From Octopus vulgaris (lineage: Eukaryota), in assembly GCA_951406725.2 (NCBI GenBank), contig OX597822.1, positions 7,936,001 to 8,000,000 on the forward strand: a stretch of DNA of 64,000 bases. Direction: 5' to 3'. The stretch's first letter is position 1. Each line of letters opens with the position of its first letter. The notes beneath the pieces are model-generated. The model was not told the DNA's origin and searched no databases. It saw only the letters and a program-made list of their open reading frames with translations. The position numbers and the translations under genes were made by a program. Shown piece after piece: positions 38,516 through 51,986 of the stretch.

Positions 38516-39544
38516 TGCATACATATATTTTTTGTTTTAGATTTTATGTAGAATTTGCTATTCCAGACAGCAAATGATATGGGAGGAAACTACCTATTTT
38601 TCGCGAAATCTCTGCATTATTTATATTAATGTGATCTAATCCTAGCTTTAATTGGGCTGGGATACCGCCATGATACTTATCGACTTTACATTGTGTATAC
38701 CATGGTAACGAAATTGGAAATGTATTCATGTTGATTGTTTTTGCGTTGAAATGTGGATTTAGTTTCCATAATATCAGTGGTATAAAATATACGTAGGTGC
38801 ACATCTTTAAGTAGTCGCTTTTAGAAATTCACGGAAACTTTCCGAAATGTCGTTTACAAGACACCTGATGATCTGAAAGACTTCAAGCAAAATTTGTTAT
38901 ACCGAATATTATTGTGGAAGGCACATACAAAGACCAAAGGTTTTGTTTGAGATATGTGACAGTTCATGGCTGTAATGATACCTCCATCTTTACATGGAGT
39001 TAAATTAATGGTTTCTTACTTTAAGGTTAGGTTTGACTCATTCTACACATTATACATACGGGAAAAAAAGTAATTATTCAAGATAATGTTGGGATACACA
39101 GCATTACTCGTATTATCAGTTTCTTAATGAGTTCAGAATCCCTCTCAATAATGGAAGTACGCGAATGTTCATGTAAATATTTATATCAACAACTTAAATG
39201 AGAACAAAATGCCACAACTTTACAAGGCACTATGTAAAAATATGAAGTATACGCCTGTTCCTACTAATACAGAGAAAATAGACACGGCATTCTGCTAGCT
39301 GGAATACTATTTGTAGTAAGTATTTTAGGAATTTACTCAAGCACATGACTGTAACAAGAGCTATCCAGAAAAAAGAAAAAAAATAATACATAAATAATGT
39401 TGCTTTGCGTTAGATGTTGCAAATCGTTGAACACATTTTTATGATTATTACTGACGAAATTTTAAAAATAAAAAGACAGAGAAATCATTATGTTCACACA
39501 TGTTTGTTATACATATTCATATTTTTCCTTTTGTCGTTTCCCCA

Positions 39545-39763
39545 TACTGTTTTACTGTTTACTGTTTTACTTGTTTCAGTCATTTGACTGCGGCCATGCT
39601 GGAGCACCGCCTTTAGTCGAGCAAAATCGACCCCGGAACTTATTCTTTGTAAGCCCAGTACTTATTCTATCGGTCTCTTTTGCCGAACCGCTAAGTGACG
39701 GGGACGTAAACACACCAGCATCGGTTGTCAGGCAATGCTAGGGGGACAAACACAGACACACAA

Positions 39764-39794
<31 letters not shown>

Positions 39795-39958
39795 CATATA
39801 TACGACAGGCTTCTTTCAGTTTCCGTCTACCAAATCCACTCACAAGGCATTGGTCGGCCCGGGGCTATAGCAGAAGACAATTGCCCAAGATGCCACGCAG
39901 TGGGACTGAACCCGGAACCATGTGGTTGGTTAGCAAGCTACTTACCACACAGCCACTC
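39545..39958 (-). mobile_element. SINE family B, full length
   Basis: Near-identical to 4453-4857; tail (actgtttt)n. Confidence 0.92.
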
Positions 39959-40479
39959 GTTTTCACAGAAAATGGAAGGAAATATGTAAAAGCCGCTTTG
40001 ATGATTTCAAATAAAAAAAAAATTGGCAGGGGCAGGGGGGGTGCATCGGAGAGATTAAACTTCAAAGCAATCGTTTTCGGAAATATAAACAACGAAACTG
40101 AGATGTTTATATATTTTATAGATAAACAAGGGAAGAAATTCCGAACATATTTCCCTCTTTCAACTTCATTAGCGAATATATTCCACATGCATTCGATTGT
40201 TAGCACTAGGGAGATTAAGTATTCGAAAAAGATTAACATTGAGACAAACCGAATATGACTGTGATAAATGCAGTTTAAAGGATAACTGATCAGGTATTCA
40301 AATACATAAATGAGTATTTGAGTGGAGTTATATTGTCTTCAATATACTTCAGTCATCTTCTGAGAGATATATTTTGAGCACACTTAGCAAATATAAAATG
40401 TCAATGCAAAGCGGGCATGTAGAATTTTGTTATTTAAAGTAGAACACCTGCGCATTATTCTACCTTCATACCCCTAAAT

Positions 40480-40524
40480 AAAAAGCAACAAGAATGGATT
40501 AGTAATCCATTCTTGTTGCTTTTT
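40480..40524. repeat. Perfect 22-bp-arm palindrome
   Basis: aaaaagcaacaagaatggatta-g-taatccattcttgttgcttttt. Confidence 0.9.
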
Positions 40525-40649
40525 TCTTGTTTATAATCACCCCACATTATTTTATGGTTAATATCATATAGTTTTCTGGTGCATCTAAGTTAAGTACCGC
40601 ATTCAAATGAATTCAATAGAATTCACTTGAATCTTAATTGCTTTTACTG

Positions 40650-40686
<37 letters not shown>

Positions 40687-40687
40687 G

Positions 40688-40909
40688 AGGCGAGCTGGCA
40701 GAAACGTTAGCACGCCATGCGAAATGCTTAGTGGTGTTTCGCCCGCCGTTACGATCTGAGTTCAAATTCCGCCGAGGTCGACTTTGCCTTTCATCTTTTC
40801 GGGGTCGATTAAATAAATACCAGTTACGCACTGGGGTCGATATAATCGACATAATCCGTTTGTCTGTTCTTGTTTGTCCTCTCTGTGTTTAGTCCCTTGT
40901 GGATAGTAA

Positions 40910-40911
<2 letters not shown>
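40688..40911 (+). mobile_element. SINE family C, full length, inside (TA)n
   Basis: ggcgagctggcagaaacgttagcacgcc..gagttcaaattccgccgaggtcgactttgcctttcatc. Confidence 0.88.
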
Positions 40912-40948
<37 letters not shown>

Positions 40949-41149
40949 TATGTTCATACATAGTCAGCGGGTTATTTATCCTCGATACTTTAAGGGAAGT
41001 GCACACAACACCATAAATCGACACTGTATAGGGAAAACGGTCTGACAATCTCAAGCCATATGAACTCGAATCTGCGCTCGAAATTCTCTTAAACTCCATA
41101 AAGAAACGATGGATAAACAGTTTATAACTGGTAGAGAAATACTACTGTA

Positions 41150-41380
41150 CATTTAAATATACCCGAACACTACAAAGGAAACATTTTAACTCGTCTCATC
41201 CAGAAAACAGAATGTGTTATGAAGCGCATGCACTGGAAGGTCTTTTTTTTGTTTGATTTTTTTTTTTGTATTCGAAAGTCTCTATAGCCACAGACTAACA
41301 AAGCTTAAAATAACGAAATTTCCCTTATTCTCGTACGAAGAATTTCGACAAGATCTTACGACAAGGTTACTTTCAATCTT
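41150..41380 (+). pseudogene. Old PLE ORF N-terminal remnant
   Basis: ILTRLIQKTECVMKRMHWKVFF parallels YLKGLIEKTEAFIRRLRWKAFF of the PLE ORF at 16107. Confidence 0.6.
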
Positions 41381-42013
41381 TCCTTTGTAAGTTCTAATAA
41401 GTACCCATTTACTGAAAAGCATTCAGTATTTTTCAGTTAAATAGACTCTACAAGATCACATAACGGCAAACATTAATATAAATTACATGTAAGTATCTAT
41501 ATGTGTGCGTTTATATGTATATGTACATATAAAATGAAATATGAGCACCAAACACAAGGACGCACAAGGCATCGACCTGCTTAGTATGTAGGAGATAAAG
41601 GCCCAATTCAACAACGAAAAAGTAGCAAAAGTAACAAAAAATAACATTAAGCCAGGGAAGAATTAAGAAATTAAAAAGCATACCAATAATACGTATGCCA
41701 TTCCGAGGCCCTTACTCCATGGTTTCGGGTGTTCGCCCAACGGGCCTTAACCTTCTTGCTGACATTTTCTCTTAGGTTTGGTGCTTTTTAAAGATGAATT
41801 GAGAATTTAAACTCATATTTCTAAACAGGTTGATACCTTATGCGTCATTATACTTCGGCTAATTTTTAATTTAATAACTATATAATGCTATTAAACCTCC
41901 TAGCATCTATATCACTGTCGTTATTATTGTCAGTTATTTATATTCACCACAGAATTAACAATTATAATATCTTATTTCGAATGTTTGCATTCGAATACTT
42001 GCCCATATATATA

Positions 42014-42278
42014 TGGCGCAATGGCCCAGTGGTTAGGGCAGCGGACTCGCGGTCGTAGGATCGCGGCTTCGATTCCCAGAACGGGCGTTTTGAGTGTTTA
42101 TTGATCGAAAACACCTAAAGCTCCACGAGGCTCCGCAGGGGGTAGTGGGGATCCCTGCTGTACTCTTTCGCCACAACTTTCTCTCACTCTTTCTTTTGTT
42201 GGCTTGCTCGCCTAGCCAGTGGGGTGGCGTCATTTGAAGGCTAAAACAATGCTAAGCGCATTGTGACCAGCGATGTGT
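42014..42278 (+). mobile_element. SINE family A variant with a third tail type
   Basis: Family A head and body to ctctcactct, then an unrelated tail gcctagccagtggggtggcgtcatttgaaggc..gtgaccagcgatgtg. Confidence 0.8.
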
Positions 42279-42309
42279 ACACCCACACACACACACGCTT
42301 GTGTCAGGT

Positions 42310-43810
42310 TGTTTACGCTACTGTTACCATGTAACCTAGTACTACCTGTCGCATGTTCGGTTCGGCGGCGACCAAACTGTCTACCCCACCAATTCCACTT
42401 GGTGAGGAGGGTCTGTATTGGACACCTTGCAGGACTAAAAACAAGACCTGTAAAAGGGCGGAAGAACCCTTAAGAGTCAAATGAATCCAATTATTATAAG
42501 TATATATGTGTACAGTTGGCTCAATTGTGTATGTGTGTGCCAGGTGCGTGTTTGGTGTGGTGAACTGTGGCTGAGTACTTCTTGTATATATGTGTGTATA
42601 TTGCGTGTACGTGTTTGTTTTTCATCTTTGAGGGGACAGAGATTTTATATATATATTTCTATTTTTTTTACTTCTTTTATTTTATTTGGTTTGTATGTAT
42701 TTGTGGATGTAGTTAAAGGGGTAGATGGAGATCCTAGGTTTGATAAAGCCGTGCGGAAGGCAATCTGTCTTGGAGAAGGTTACTCGTAATTCAAACCCTT
42801 CACTGCTGTCTTGCAGTGAGCCTTCGGTTGGACAAAGACTAGGAGAAGGTTACTCTGATATAAAACCACTGCAGATGTTAAACTCCGGGATAATAAAACA
42901 TGCGACCGCCACAATCACCCAGTCAACTTGCATTCGTCTGTCACTGGATATCACTGGGGAGGGGTGGGTGCTATACGTGTCGTACAAGAGTGTGGCATTG
43001 ATATTTAAAGGTACAGATATATCTTCATAACCCCGCGGCGATGCAATAGTGGCGCCATGTAAGAGGCTTAATGGGCTGGGAGTACGTAGTCATGAATCTG
43101 CACGTGGGCGGCTCAGGGCCCATCTAACGTCACTGGATTTTTGAAAGAGCAGTAGCATGCTTCGACGAGGTTGAGATACAAAAAGAAAACCTGCAAGTAA
43201 GAAAGTTCAAGTAACCTTGAACGGCGAACTGGCACAATATCCAAGGAGTTGGCTCGGTATAAAATCGACATTACTGCACTCTCTGAAATTTGGTTGAATG
43301 ATGAAGATCATTTGACAGAAACAATTACGAGTATGGGGTGTTGGCTTTGCCATTCGTACCAAGCTAACCCACAAAACAGAACAAACTAATGGTTTCAGTG
43401 ATAGGATTATGTATCTTCGAGCTCCTGTATCATGCAATCGTTCTATAACTGGTATCTCTGTATATGCTCCTACTCTTAATAGCCATCTTCTATGGCTTCC
43501 TATGAAGATCTCAGATCGGTTATGTTGTCAATTCGAAATGCAGATAAGATCCTTCTTGGCGATTTCAATGCCCGTGTTGGATGCGATTATAAGACCTGTG
43601 ATACACTAGGGAGATATGGTTTGGGCAAAATAAACGTTAATGGTCTACGTACTCTTGCGCTCTGCACTGAACTTGATCTCATCATCTGCAAAAGTGTTTT
43701 TCCTCAGAAGCATACCCACACAGCTACCTGGATGCAACCAAATTCCAAACATTAGCATATTCTTGACTACCTTACCACCCAAAAAGAGACCTTCTAAATA
43801 TTAGAACGGT
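42310..43810 (+). mobile_element. RTE-clade LINE, 5' UTR and start of ORF, decayed
   Basis: GC-richer 5' UTR with duplicated ggagaaggttactc motifs, followed by an APE endonuclease remnant. Confidence 0.75.
43220..43800 (+). pseudogene. Apurinic-like endonuclease (APE) domain of an RTE LINE
   Basis: ELARYKIDITALSE, GVGFAI, SDRIMYLR, SVYAPT, LLGDFNARVG, NGLRTLALC, TWMQPNSKH*HILDY, spread across frameshifts. Confidence 0.88.
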
Positions 43811-43989
43811 AGCTGCAGTGAGCTTGCCTTTAGATGTTAAAATATATAACAAATATTTTTTCATTGCTCTAATTTTCGTTTACTCCCCTTCACTTCATGT
43901 CAGTGATGGATATATTTACACATATGTATATACTTATAAATATACGTATCTACATGCACACCAACACACACACATATATATATATATAT

Positions 43990-44049
<60 letters not shown>

Positions 44050-44075
44050 GTGCATACGCAAATAGATTTATAGAT

Positions 44076-44108
<33 letters not shown>

Positions 44109-44728
44109 AATAGATTGATAGATATGTGTATGTAAATACTTAGGAAAAGAGACATACCAATATAATATATAGTATTTGTAGCTACCATTTGTCTACTAAG
44201 TATAATTTAGAATTACAAATGAAATTTTATCATCGTATCGCTGATATTAATTTCATAACTTAAAGAGACGTTGTGTAAACAATAAAATTAAATATGCTAA
44301 TTAATTTAATATAAACACACAAATATGGAAATATGTGTAATGTTTATTTTTGTCTCAATTGACTCCATTTGATCTACGTCGAATGCAAATTAACTACAAT
44401 AATTCATTTAAAATTGCACGCATATTTCTTAATTATAATACCTTTGATTATGCTCCGAATATTTTTATGACACATATTTCATTAATTGGTATTTGAAGCA
44501 TCAGTTATGAAATACAATTCAACTTGATTTAGAGCTGTACACATATTGTTAGTTTATAAATGAGAATATATATGCATAAAAATATACTTTTCCTTATAGC
44601 ATTTCTACAATTTCTCTCACAGTTTCCCTTACTCATGCGTATATGTATGCGCATAAGAGTAGTAATATCCATATATATATAAATATGTGTGTATATGTGA
44701 GTGTGCCTGCACATATATTTATATGTAG

Positions 44729-44773
<45 letters not shown>

Positions 44774-44828
44774 TACATATATATGCATGGATGTATTTAT
44801 ACACACGCACAAACTAACCCCCTCACAA

Positions 44829-44885
<57 letters not shown>

Positions 44886-45339
44886 TGTATATAATAACAA
44901 TATTTTAAGAATGGAATTTATAAATATTTAATACATCGTTATATATGTGTGTGTGTGTTTAAACGCGCGTGTGTAAATACACATGCATACCTATATACTT
45001 AAATATACGGGGGTAGTTATACATATGCATTTATGTATAATATTGATGTAATTTTTTTTAATGGTTTAATAGTTCGAACTTTTAATTAAACGTAGCAAGG
45101 AAATTATCATTCTTGTACACGCTCATAAATTCGAACTGCTAATTGTTTCCATATGTTGTCTTTCCTGAAATTCTCTTGCAATTTCTTTTCGAATACAGTA
45201 TAATTAGCGTGTTCTAGTTTTCCTGGAATTGTTTGATTCATTTAATTTTATCATGACTAAATGTAGTGCTTCCTAAAACAACGAAAATATATAAATATAT
45301 GTAAATAATTTTACCTTGTTTCAAGCTGTGAGCTGGCAG

Positions 45340-45432
45340 ATCGTCCATGAACTCAATTGCAAAAGACGTCCATGTGACAGAAGAAACGGTCAGAAACAAT
45401 GTCCACGAAGACATCAGAGATAAGTCTTATAG
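45340..45432 (+). pseudogene. Tc1/mariner-superfamily transposase HTH fragment
   Basis: SMNSIAKDVHVTEETVRNNVHEDIRDKSY resembles the second HTH of such transposases. Confidence 0.55.
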
Positions 45433-45814
45433 ACCAGAACGTGAAGGAAACAGTGAACGCTGGGAGAAACAGTTTTTGAAGAGAGAAACTATAGGTTTAA
45501 ACGTCCATGCAGTTAAAGAAATATGGTCATGTGAGGGCTAGCAAAATAGACGATGGTGGTGTGTTACCATCGAACGAGAGAGAGGGAGAAAAAAGAGAAG
45601 AGAGAAGTAGAAAACGGTGACGTAAGGAGTAGGAGAAAAAGGGAGTAGAAAAGGATGAAGGAAGAAAACAATATAGACTAGAGAGTTGCATCAAAATTGG
45701 CGAATATAACCTTACTTGGTAATGAACGCGTCGCGTTCAATTAAATGATAACTAATAAATAATATATATATTATATTATATTATATTATAAGACAATATT
45801 ATATTACAAAGAAA

Positions 45815-46520
45815 ATATCCACCCTCTCTTATCGACGAGGGAATTAAACGTGCCAAACAATTAGACACAAAAATACTAAGAACAAAAAAACGTGGCACCA
45901 CACTTCAAACCAAAACATTACTATTTATATCAAAACACAATCCCAGAAACAGTGAGGCATTCAACACTATTGTGCAAACTCTTCCTTTACTAACTAGAGA
46001 TCCAAAAATTTACGACATCCTGAAAACACAGAAACTCATCAAATGCAGAAATACAAGACACATCGCTAAAGAGACTACTAACAAATGCGAAGCTTTACAA
46101 AACAACCACGAAGCCAACGGTTGAAAAATGTGGACGCCCATACTGTGGAACCTGCCCCAACCTGCTTGAAGGTTCGGATTTCCTTTTCAAACAAGGGCGG
46201 AGGTTCACAATCAAAACTAGTGTCACCTGTGCCTCTGAGAACCTAATTTATGTAATAACCTGCTCAGGTTGCGGACACCACTATATTGGACAAACGAGTA
46301 TGACCTTGAGATACAGTACCACTCTACCTAAGGAGCAAATCGGTTTCCCGCAATACAGACAAATTCCTCTCAGTGATCGTATAGAAAAATGTGCAGGTAA
46401 CATCAAACCAAATTTCACAGTCTTCCCTTTCTACCAGTGCAAAGACACAATCTCTCAACTACAACGTTTAAATAAAGAAACTTTTTTTCATTGAAAAATA
46501 CAAAACACCTCTTAATATGC
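45815..46520 (+). pseudogene. Neptune-type PLE thumb/Zn-finger/GIY-YIG remnant
   Basis: From 46120: VEKCGRPYCGTCPNL..TCASENLIYVITCSGCGHHYIGQTSMTLR. The downstream 3' region to ~46955 has a decayed HHR-like ATGAATAGCGATAGCGAAACCGGTC (46811-46835) and ends in (TA)n. Confidence 0.85.
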
Positions 46521-46961
46521 ACGAATATCCAACTTTTAACTTTTTACATATTTCAATTCATGATTACATCACTGTACATAAATCCCCTACTAAACAAGGT
46601 TTTTGAAACTTGTCTCTGTCTGTACACATATATAATCCCCACCCATTACCGAAATCTGAACAGTTATCTCCCTTACCCACAACAATAACAATAATAACGA
46701 TAACCAATTACCGCCTTTTATTTATCTATTCGTGAATTTCCTGACACACAGCATGGACGAAATTTCTCCTTAAGAAAAAATATATATTCAAATAAGCAAA
46801 ACATAATATCATGAATAGCGATAGCGAAACCGGTCGAAATATTAAAAATCATATTAAAACTATGTAACTCTGCGTATTTTCCCTTTTTAATTTCTTATAT
46901 ACATTACAACGCACCACGTGGGAATAATCAAAATTCCTCTTTTCTGTTATTACTATTATAG

Positions 46962-47042
<81 letters not shown>

Positions 47043-47046
<4 letters not shown>

Positions 47047-47192
47047 TCCCGGTTGAGTCGGGGTTAACCACAGTAAATAAGGTACTCAATACATGGCAGA
47101 GTAAATTAATTTATTTTATTTTATAGAAGGAGTTTCTACAGGATAGAACTTTTCATTCAAATGAAATCATCAGGAAGCTTCCTGATAATTTC

Positions 47193-47196
<4 letters not shown>
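47043..47196 (-). mobile_element. Short pseudo-LTR fragment with HHR core and terminal fold-back, inside (TA)n
   Basis: Minus: CCTGATGATTTCATTTGAATGAAAAG. Palindrome aaatgaaatcatcaggaagcttcctgataatttcattt at 47159-47196. Confidence 0.6.
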
Positions 47197-47262
<66 letters not shown>

Positions 47263-47297
47263 TATAATATATATTATATATATATACATATATATAC

Positions 47298-47359
<62 letters not shown>

Positions 47360-47389
47360 CATATATACATATATGTGTGTGTGTGTGTT

Positions 47390-47772
47390 TATATGGGTAC
47401 ATGATGTCACTAACGGTGCAAATAACATGAAATACGTAAAGAAACGAGGGGAAAACGAGTGTCAGCGTTCCCTATGTTTCTCTCGTTCCGGTCGAACGAC
47501 TCTCCATGCTTGTTTTTGTTCGGTTTCCTTGTGTCTTGACTATCACTTTTTTGGTTCCCAAATTTGACCCTCCATAAATCCTACACTTTATTTTAAAATG
47601 TATGCAACGAAGACTCATATTGTCTTTGCATGCTCGAAATGAGGATTAGATAGACAGCTGACAACTGATGACGGGTCCTTTCTCTGTCTTTACTTTTCCT
47701 ATTTTTCGTTTTTCCTCTTTGTTTACGTCTTTCATGTTAGTTGCATCGTTTGAGATGTCTTGTACCCATATA
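47390..47772. repeat. Inverted repeat (~70-bp diverged arms)
   Basis: atatgggtacatgatgtc..ggaaaacga vs tcgtttttcctc..cttgtacccatat. Confidence 0.75.
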
Positions 47773-47775
47773 TTC

Positions 47776-47825
<50 letters not shown>

Positions 47826-47859
47826 AAGTGGAGTTGTAGGGTACCGCACGAGCGGAATT

Positions 47860-48049
47860 ATATAGGAAAGAAGGTTTTAAAATGCAATTTAAAAAGATGT
47901 TTATTTACTTCACCTGTTTCACTCTTTGGAAAACGATTGTCAAAAGTAACATGTAGAAGTTTGGTTGCGTTAATTATTGGTTGTTACAAAGAGTGAAACA
48001 GGTAAAGTAAATAAACATCTTTTAAAATTGCATTTTTGAACCTTCTTTC

Positions 48050-48056
<7 letters not shown>
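47860..48056. repeat. Inverted repeat (~69-bp arms, ~58-nt spacer)
   Basis: gaaagaaggttttaaaatgcaattt..tttcactctttg vs caaagagtgaaa..gaaccttctttc. Confidence 0.85.
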
Positions 48057-48085
<29 letters not shown>

Positions 48086-48324
48086 AATATTAGGAATGAA
48101 TCCAAAATTACAGGGAAAAATCAGAAAACACATAATATAATTCGAGACAAAACCAATTTAAAACCAAACAACTTAATCAATACATAAAATTTTAATATAA
48201 AATTTTATGTATTGATAAGTCTTTCCTTGTTTGAGGTTTTGGAACATAATAAAGTATTATTGTTAATCCAAACAAGACGCGAGGACGTGGAACAAATAAA
48301 GTATTAAAGAAGGGAAGAAGGAGG

Positions 48325-48359
48325 GTTTAACGTTTCGAGCGGAGCTCTTCGTCGGAAAC
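48325..48359 (-). ncRNA. Minimal hammerhead ribozyme motif (CCGACGA core variant)
   Basis: GTTT-CCGACGA-A-GAGC-TCC-GCTC-GAAA-CG-TT-AAAC. Confidence 0.6.
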
Positions 48360-48443
48360 ATGGGAGAAGGAAAGATCCCGTGAAGGAAGACAGAGGGAAA
48401 AAAATCGCCAGCGGTACTCACGAGGTCACATATACACATATAT

Positions 48444-48542
48444 ATGTATATATGTATATCTTTGTATATATGTATGTATATATAATATATTGTTATATTA
48501 TTTTTCATTTAACTGAATGCGACGCATCCATTTCCAAGTGTG

Positions 48543-48574
<32 letters not shown>

Positions 48575-48749
48575 ATATAAAATTATGTTTGTGTATGTGT
48601 ACATATGTATACATTTAGGAATTAAATCTCGTAAAAAAAGAGTACACAATAGCATGTATATATGTATATCTTGTATATGTATGTATATATAATATATTGT
48701 CATATTATTTTTCATTTAACTGAATGCGACGCATCCATTTCCAAGTGTG
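48444..48749 (+). repeat. Direct duplication (~97 bp)
   Basis: ..tattatttttcatttaactgaatgcgacgcatccatttccaagtgtg ends at 48542 and again at 48749. Confidence 0.85.
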
Positions 48750-49247
48750 ATATTCAGTGAAGTTCTGACTGGTTAATTTATGGGATTTGTTCATTTACAC
48801 ACACACAGACACACAGTCATATATATGTATGTGTGTGATTCTAGATTTCGAGTCATAGAGTATGATAGTGAAAGAGAAAATGTGAGAAAATGTGGCAGAG
48901 CTAAAAGAAGGAAAAGAGGAGTGAATTCAGAAAAAGAAAGTAAGGTAAAACAAAGAAAAAGAAATGGAATATAAGGGGGTTTGGAAGGAAGAAAATGAAG
49001 AAAATGGAGAAAGAGAATATATATAGTGAAAAAAGAAACGAGAATAAAAATAAGACATGTAAAGAAGAAAAAGGAGAAAAGGAATGGGTAAGTTCATAGG
49101 AATAGAAAAAAGAAGAAGAGAGCGAAAAAGTATAAAACGTACCTTACAGACAACTCTATAAACAGTCCTATCATTAACTGGAACATTTTAGCAAAACCAA
49201 GTACCTGTAATAAACGGAGCACAGTATGAAAATAGCATGTAACCTAA

Positions 49248-49366
49248 AACCTATTTCTTTATTACTCACAAGGGGCTAAACATAGAGGGGACAAACAAGG
49301 ACAGACATAGGTATTATGTCGATTACATCAACCCCAGTGCGTAACTGGTACTTAATTTATCGACCC
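49248..49366 (-). mobile_element. SINE family C 3' fragment inserted in an old PLE EN remnant
   Basis: Matches 24005-24125. The flanks read PIINWNILAK (49147) and TCPHERKF (49420), as in PLE EN C-termini. Confidence 0.65.
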
Positions 49367-49777
49367 GTTTATCCTATCTGCAAGCAACGTTCAAAAGCGA
49401 AGAGGAGAAACCTTTATTACTTGCCCACATGAGAGGAAATTTATCTACAAACATTTAAGCATACTCCTCCACCAGCGGATTTCCTTCTACAAACAGAATA
49501 GTAATAATCCTGCACGCAGCTTTCTAAACATCGGCTCCACCTCTTCATAACTTATCAATATTATTTCAATGATTCCCAGAACTCTTTTGTCGATGACTGC
49601 ACGAAGCAGTAGATATAAACATAACGTTTACGTGACTACACATGTTAATGACTAGTCTTTAAGACCTACTCCTTTCAACAATATAATTATATCTGCCATC
49701 AATTCCCCTTTATTTATACTATATCTGTTGGTCATATGCAGCTTTAAGTTCAATATGTCTATTATCTTTGCTATCGT

Positions 49778-50160
49778 GGAGGCACAATGGCCCAGTGGTT
49801 AGGGCAGCGGACTTGTGGTCGTAGGATCGCGGTTTCGATTCCCAGACCGGGCGTTGTGAGTGTTTATTGAGCGAAAACACCTAAAAGCTCCACGAGGCTC
49901 CGGCAGGGGATGGTGGTGATCCCTGCTGTACTCTTTCACCACATCTTTCTCTCACTCTTATATCCTGTTTCTGTTGTACCTGTATTTCAAAGGGCCGGCC
50001 TTGTCACTCTCTGTGTCATGCTGAATATCCCCGAGAACTACGTTAAGGGTACACGTGTCTGTGGAGTGCTCAGCCACTTACACGTTAATTTCACGAGCAG
50101 GCTGTTCCGTTGATCGGCTCAACCGGAACCCTCGTCGTCGTAACCGACGGAGTGCTTCCT
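49778..50160 (+). mobile_element. SINE family A, full length with TSD
   Basis: TSD tatctttgctatc at 49763-49775 and 50163-50175. Confidence 0.92.
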
Positions 50161-50812
50161 CCTATCTTTGCTATCATCTGATATTGCACCCTTACACAGT
50201 CTCAACAGACTCGTTTGAACTACTAATATTCTTTCATATTTATCTCGATTTCTTCATTAATATTTTACCCACATTTCGTTTCCCGCCGAGGCTTTTTTCT
50301 ATCACCTGCCTTCATACATTTTCCTCTTGTTTCTTCTGGCTTTCTTCCTATTTTTCTCCTTTTGTCATGTTCTTTCTCCATAATCCTTATAATTATTATG
50401 AACTCTTCCAATTCCTTTACATTGTCATGTATCCTGTTATCTCTCCATTTTCTTTTTCAGTTACTTTTTTCTCTAATTAAATTTTTCTTATCAACTTTTC
50501 TCTAATCTTATTTCATCAATATTTTCCAGCGTTTTCTCCTGTTTTTCCCCACAATGTTATCGATAACCCCGTCAAATTACTATTCTTTTTTGTTTTACCA
50601 TTTTCTGTTCATTCTTATCTTCTTAAATTTATTTTATTACACGTTACTCTATCTATTTTGAAATATCAACCATTCCCCCAAAACACTACCCCGAATGTTA
50701 GGCTTTCCTATCGGTTTAATTATCGTGATTTTCAGAAATTTTCAATAATATATTCATACCTCTCTCAATTTTTATCCATCTCTAATTTTTTTTGGAATTA
50801 TTCTATTTTTGT

Positions 50813-51019
50813 CTTCTCCTTTTATTTGTTTCAGTCGTGTGACTGTTGCCATGCTGGAGCACCGCCTTTGGTCGAGCAAATCGACTCCAGGACTCATTCT
50901 TTGTAAGCCTAGTACTTATTCTATCGGTCTCATTTGCCGAACAGCTAAGTTACGGGGACGTAAACGCACCGGCATCGGTTGTCAAGCGATGTTGGGGGAC
51001 AAACACAGACACACAAACG

Positions 51020-51095
<76 letters not shown>

Positions 51096-51266
51096 CATAT
51101 ATACGACGGGCTTCTTTCAATTTCCGTCTGCCAAATCCACTCACAAGGCTTTGGTCGGTCCGAGGCTATAGTAGAAGACATTTGCCCAAGGTGTCACGCA
51201 GTGGGACTGAACCTGGAACCATGTGGTTCGTAAGCAAGCTTCTTACCACACAGCCACTCTTACGCC
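50813..51266 (-). mobile_element. SINE family B, full length
   Basis: Family B head and tail with an internal (CA)n(TA)n. Confidence 0.9.
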
Positions 51267-51986
51267 CATATACTTTATTTACCATCTTACTATCTTGCCA
51301 ATCAATAAATCAGCAACCACTGCCACTTCAACTCTCATGGTATTTTTCAATTTCATTCCTTATTCTTAATAGTTCGTCGTCTGTTTTATGCATCAGGGAC
51401 CTGTCCCCACTTATCTTTCTCATTCAATTTCTGTTTCTTCCCTTTTACCTATCCTCCTTGCTTTTCATTCACTTTAATTGCTCGCTTTCTGTTTCTTCCT
51501 ATCAGAGTTATTTACTTTTTCTCCCTTTTCTCTCTTTTGTCCCTTATTAACATTCCCTCCAACCCTCTTGTTTTCTTTCTTTTACCCCTTTATCATACTT
51601 TCTCCCAATCATCTTACCCTACGACTAGAAATGTATACCTATATATTTAGATAAAAGTGCAAACCCTATCGATTTTCCGGACAAAATTTATCTGAATATC
51701 CTATGTGCCAACAAGTGAAAGTTAGAAAAGCAAGAGACGGACTCCCCTAAAATAGGAAATATATCTGTGTGTGTCTGTGTGTGTATGTTTCCATGCGTGC
51801 ATGAGTATGCGTGTGCGTGTATGTGTAAATGTGTGCATATATTTATGTAAGTGCATATTTGTTAATTTATGTTTCTTACTATGGTTGCTTTCATTTTATT
51901 CAATAGAAAGTAGGTATTTCGCTTACTTTTCCTACTTTATTTCTTTAATGAGAATTTATATCTCGTGGTAATATTAATAGTTTCTA

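Noticed and set aside
50846-51550. 234-aa ORF
   Set aside because: Antisense read-through of a SINE-B, a CA repeat and a pyrimidine-rich flank.
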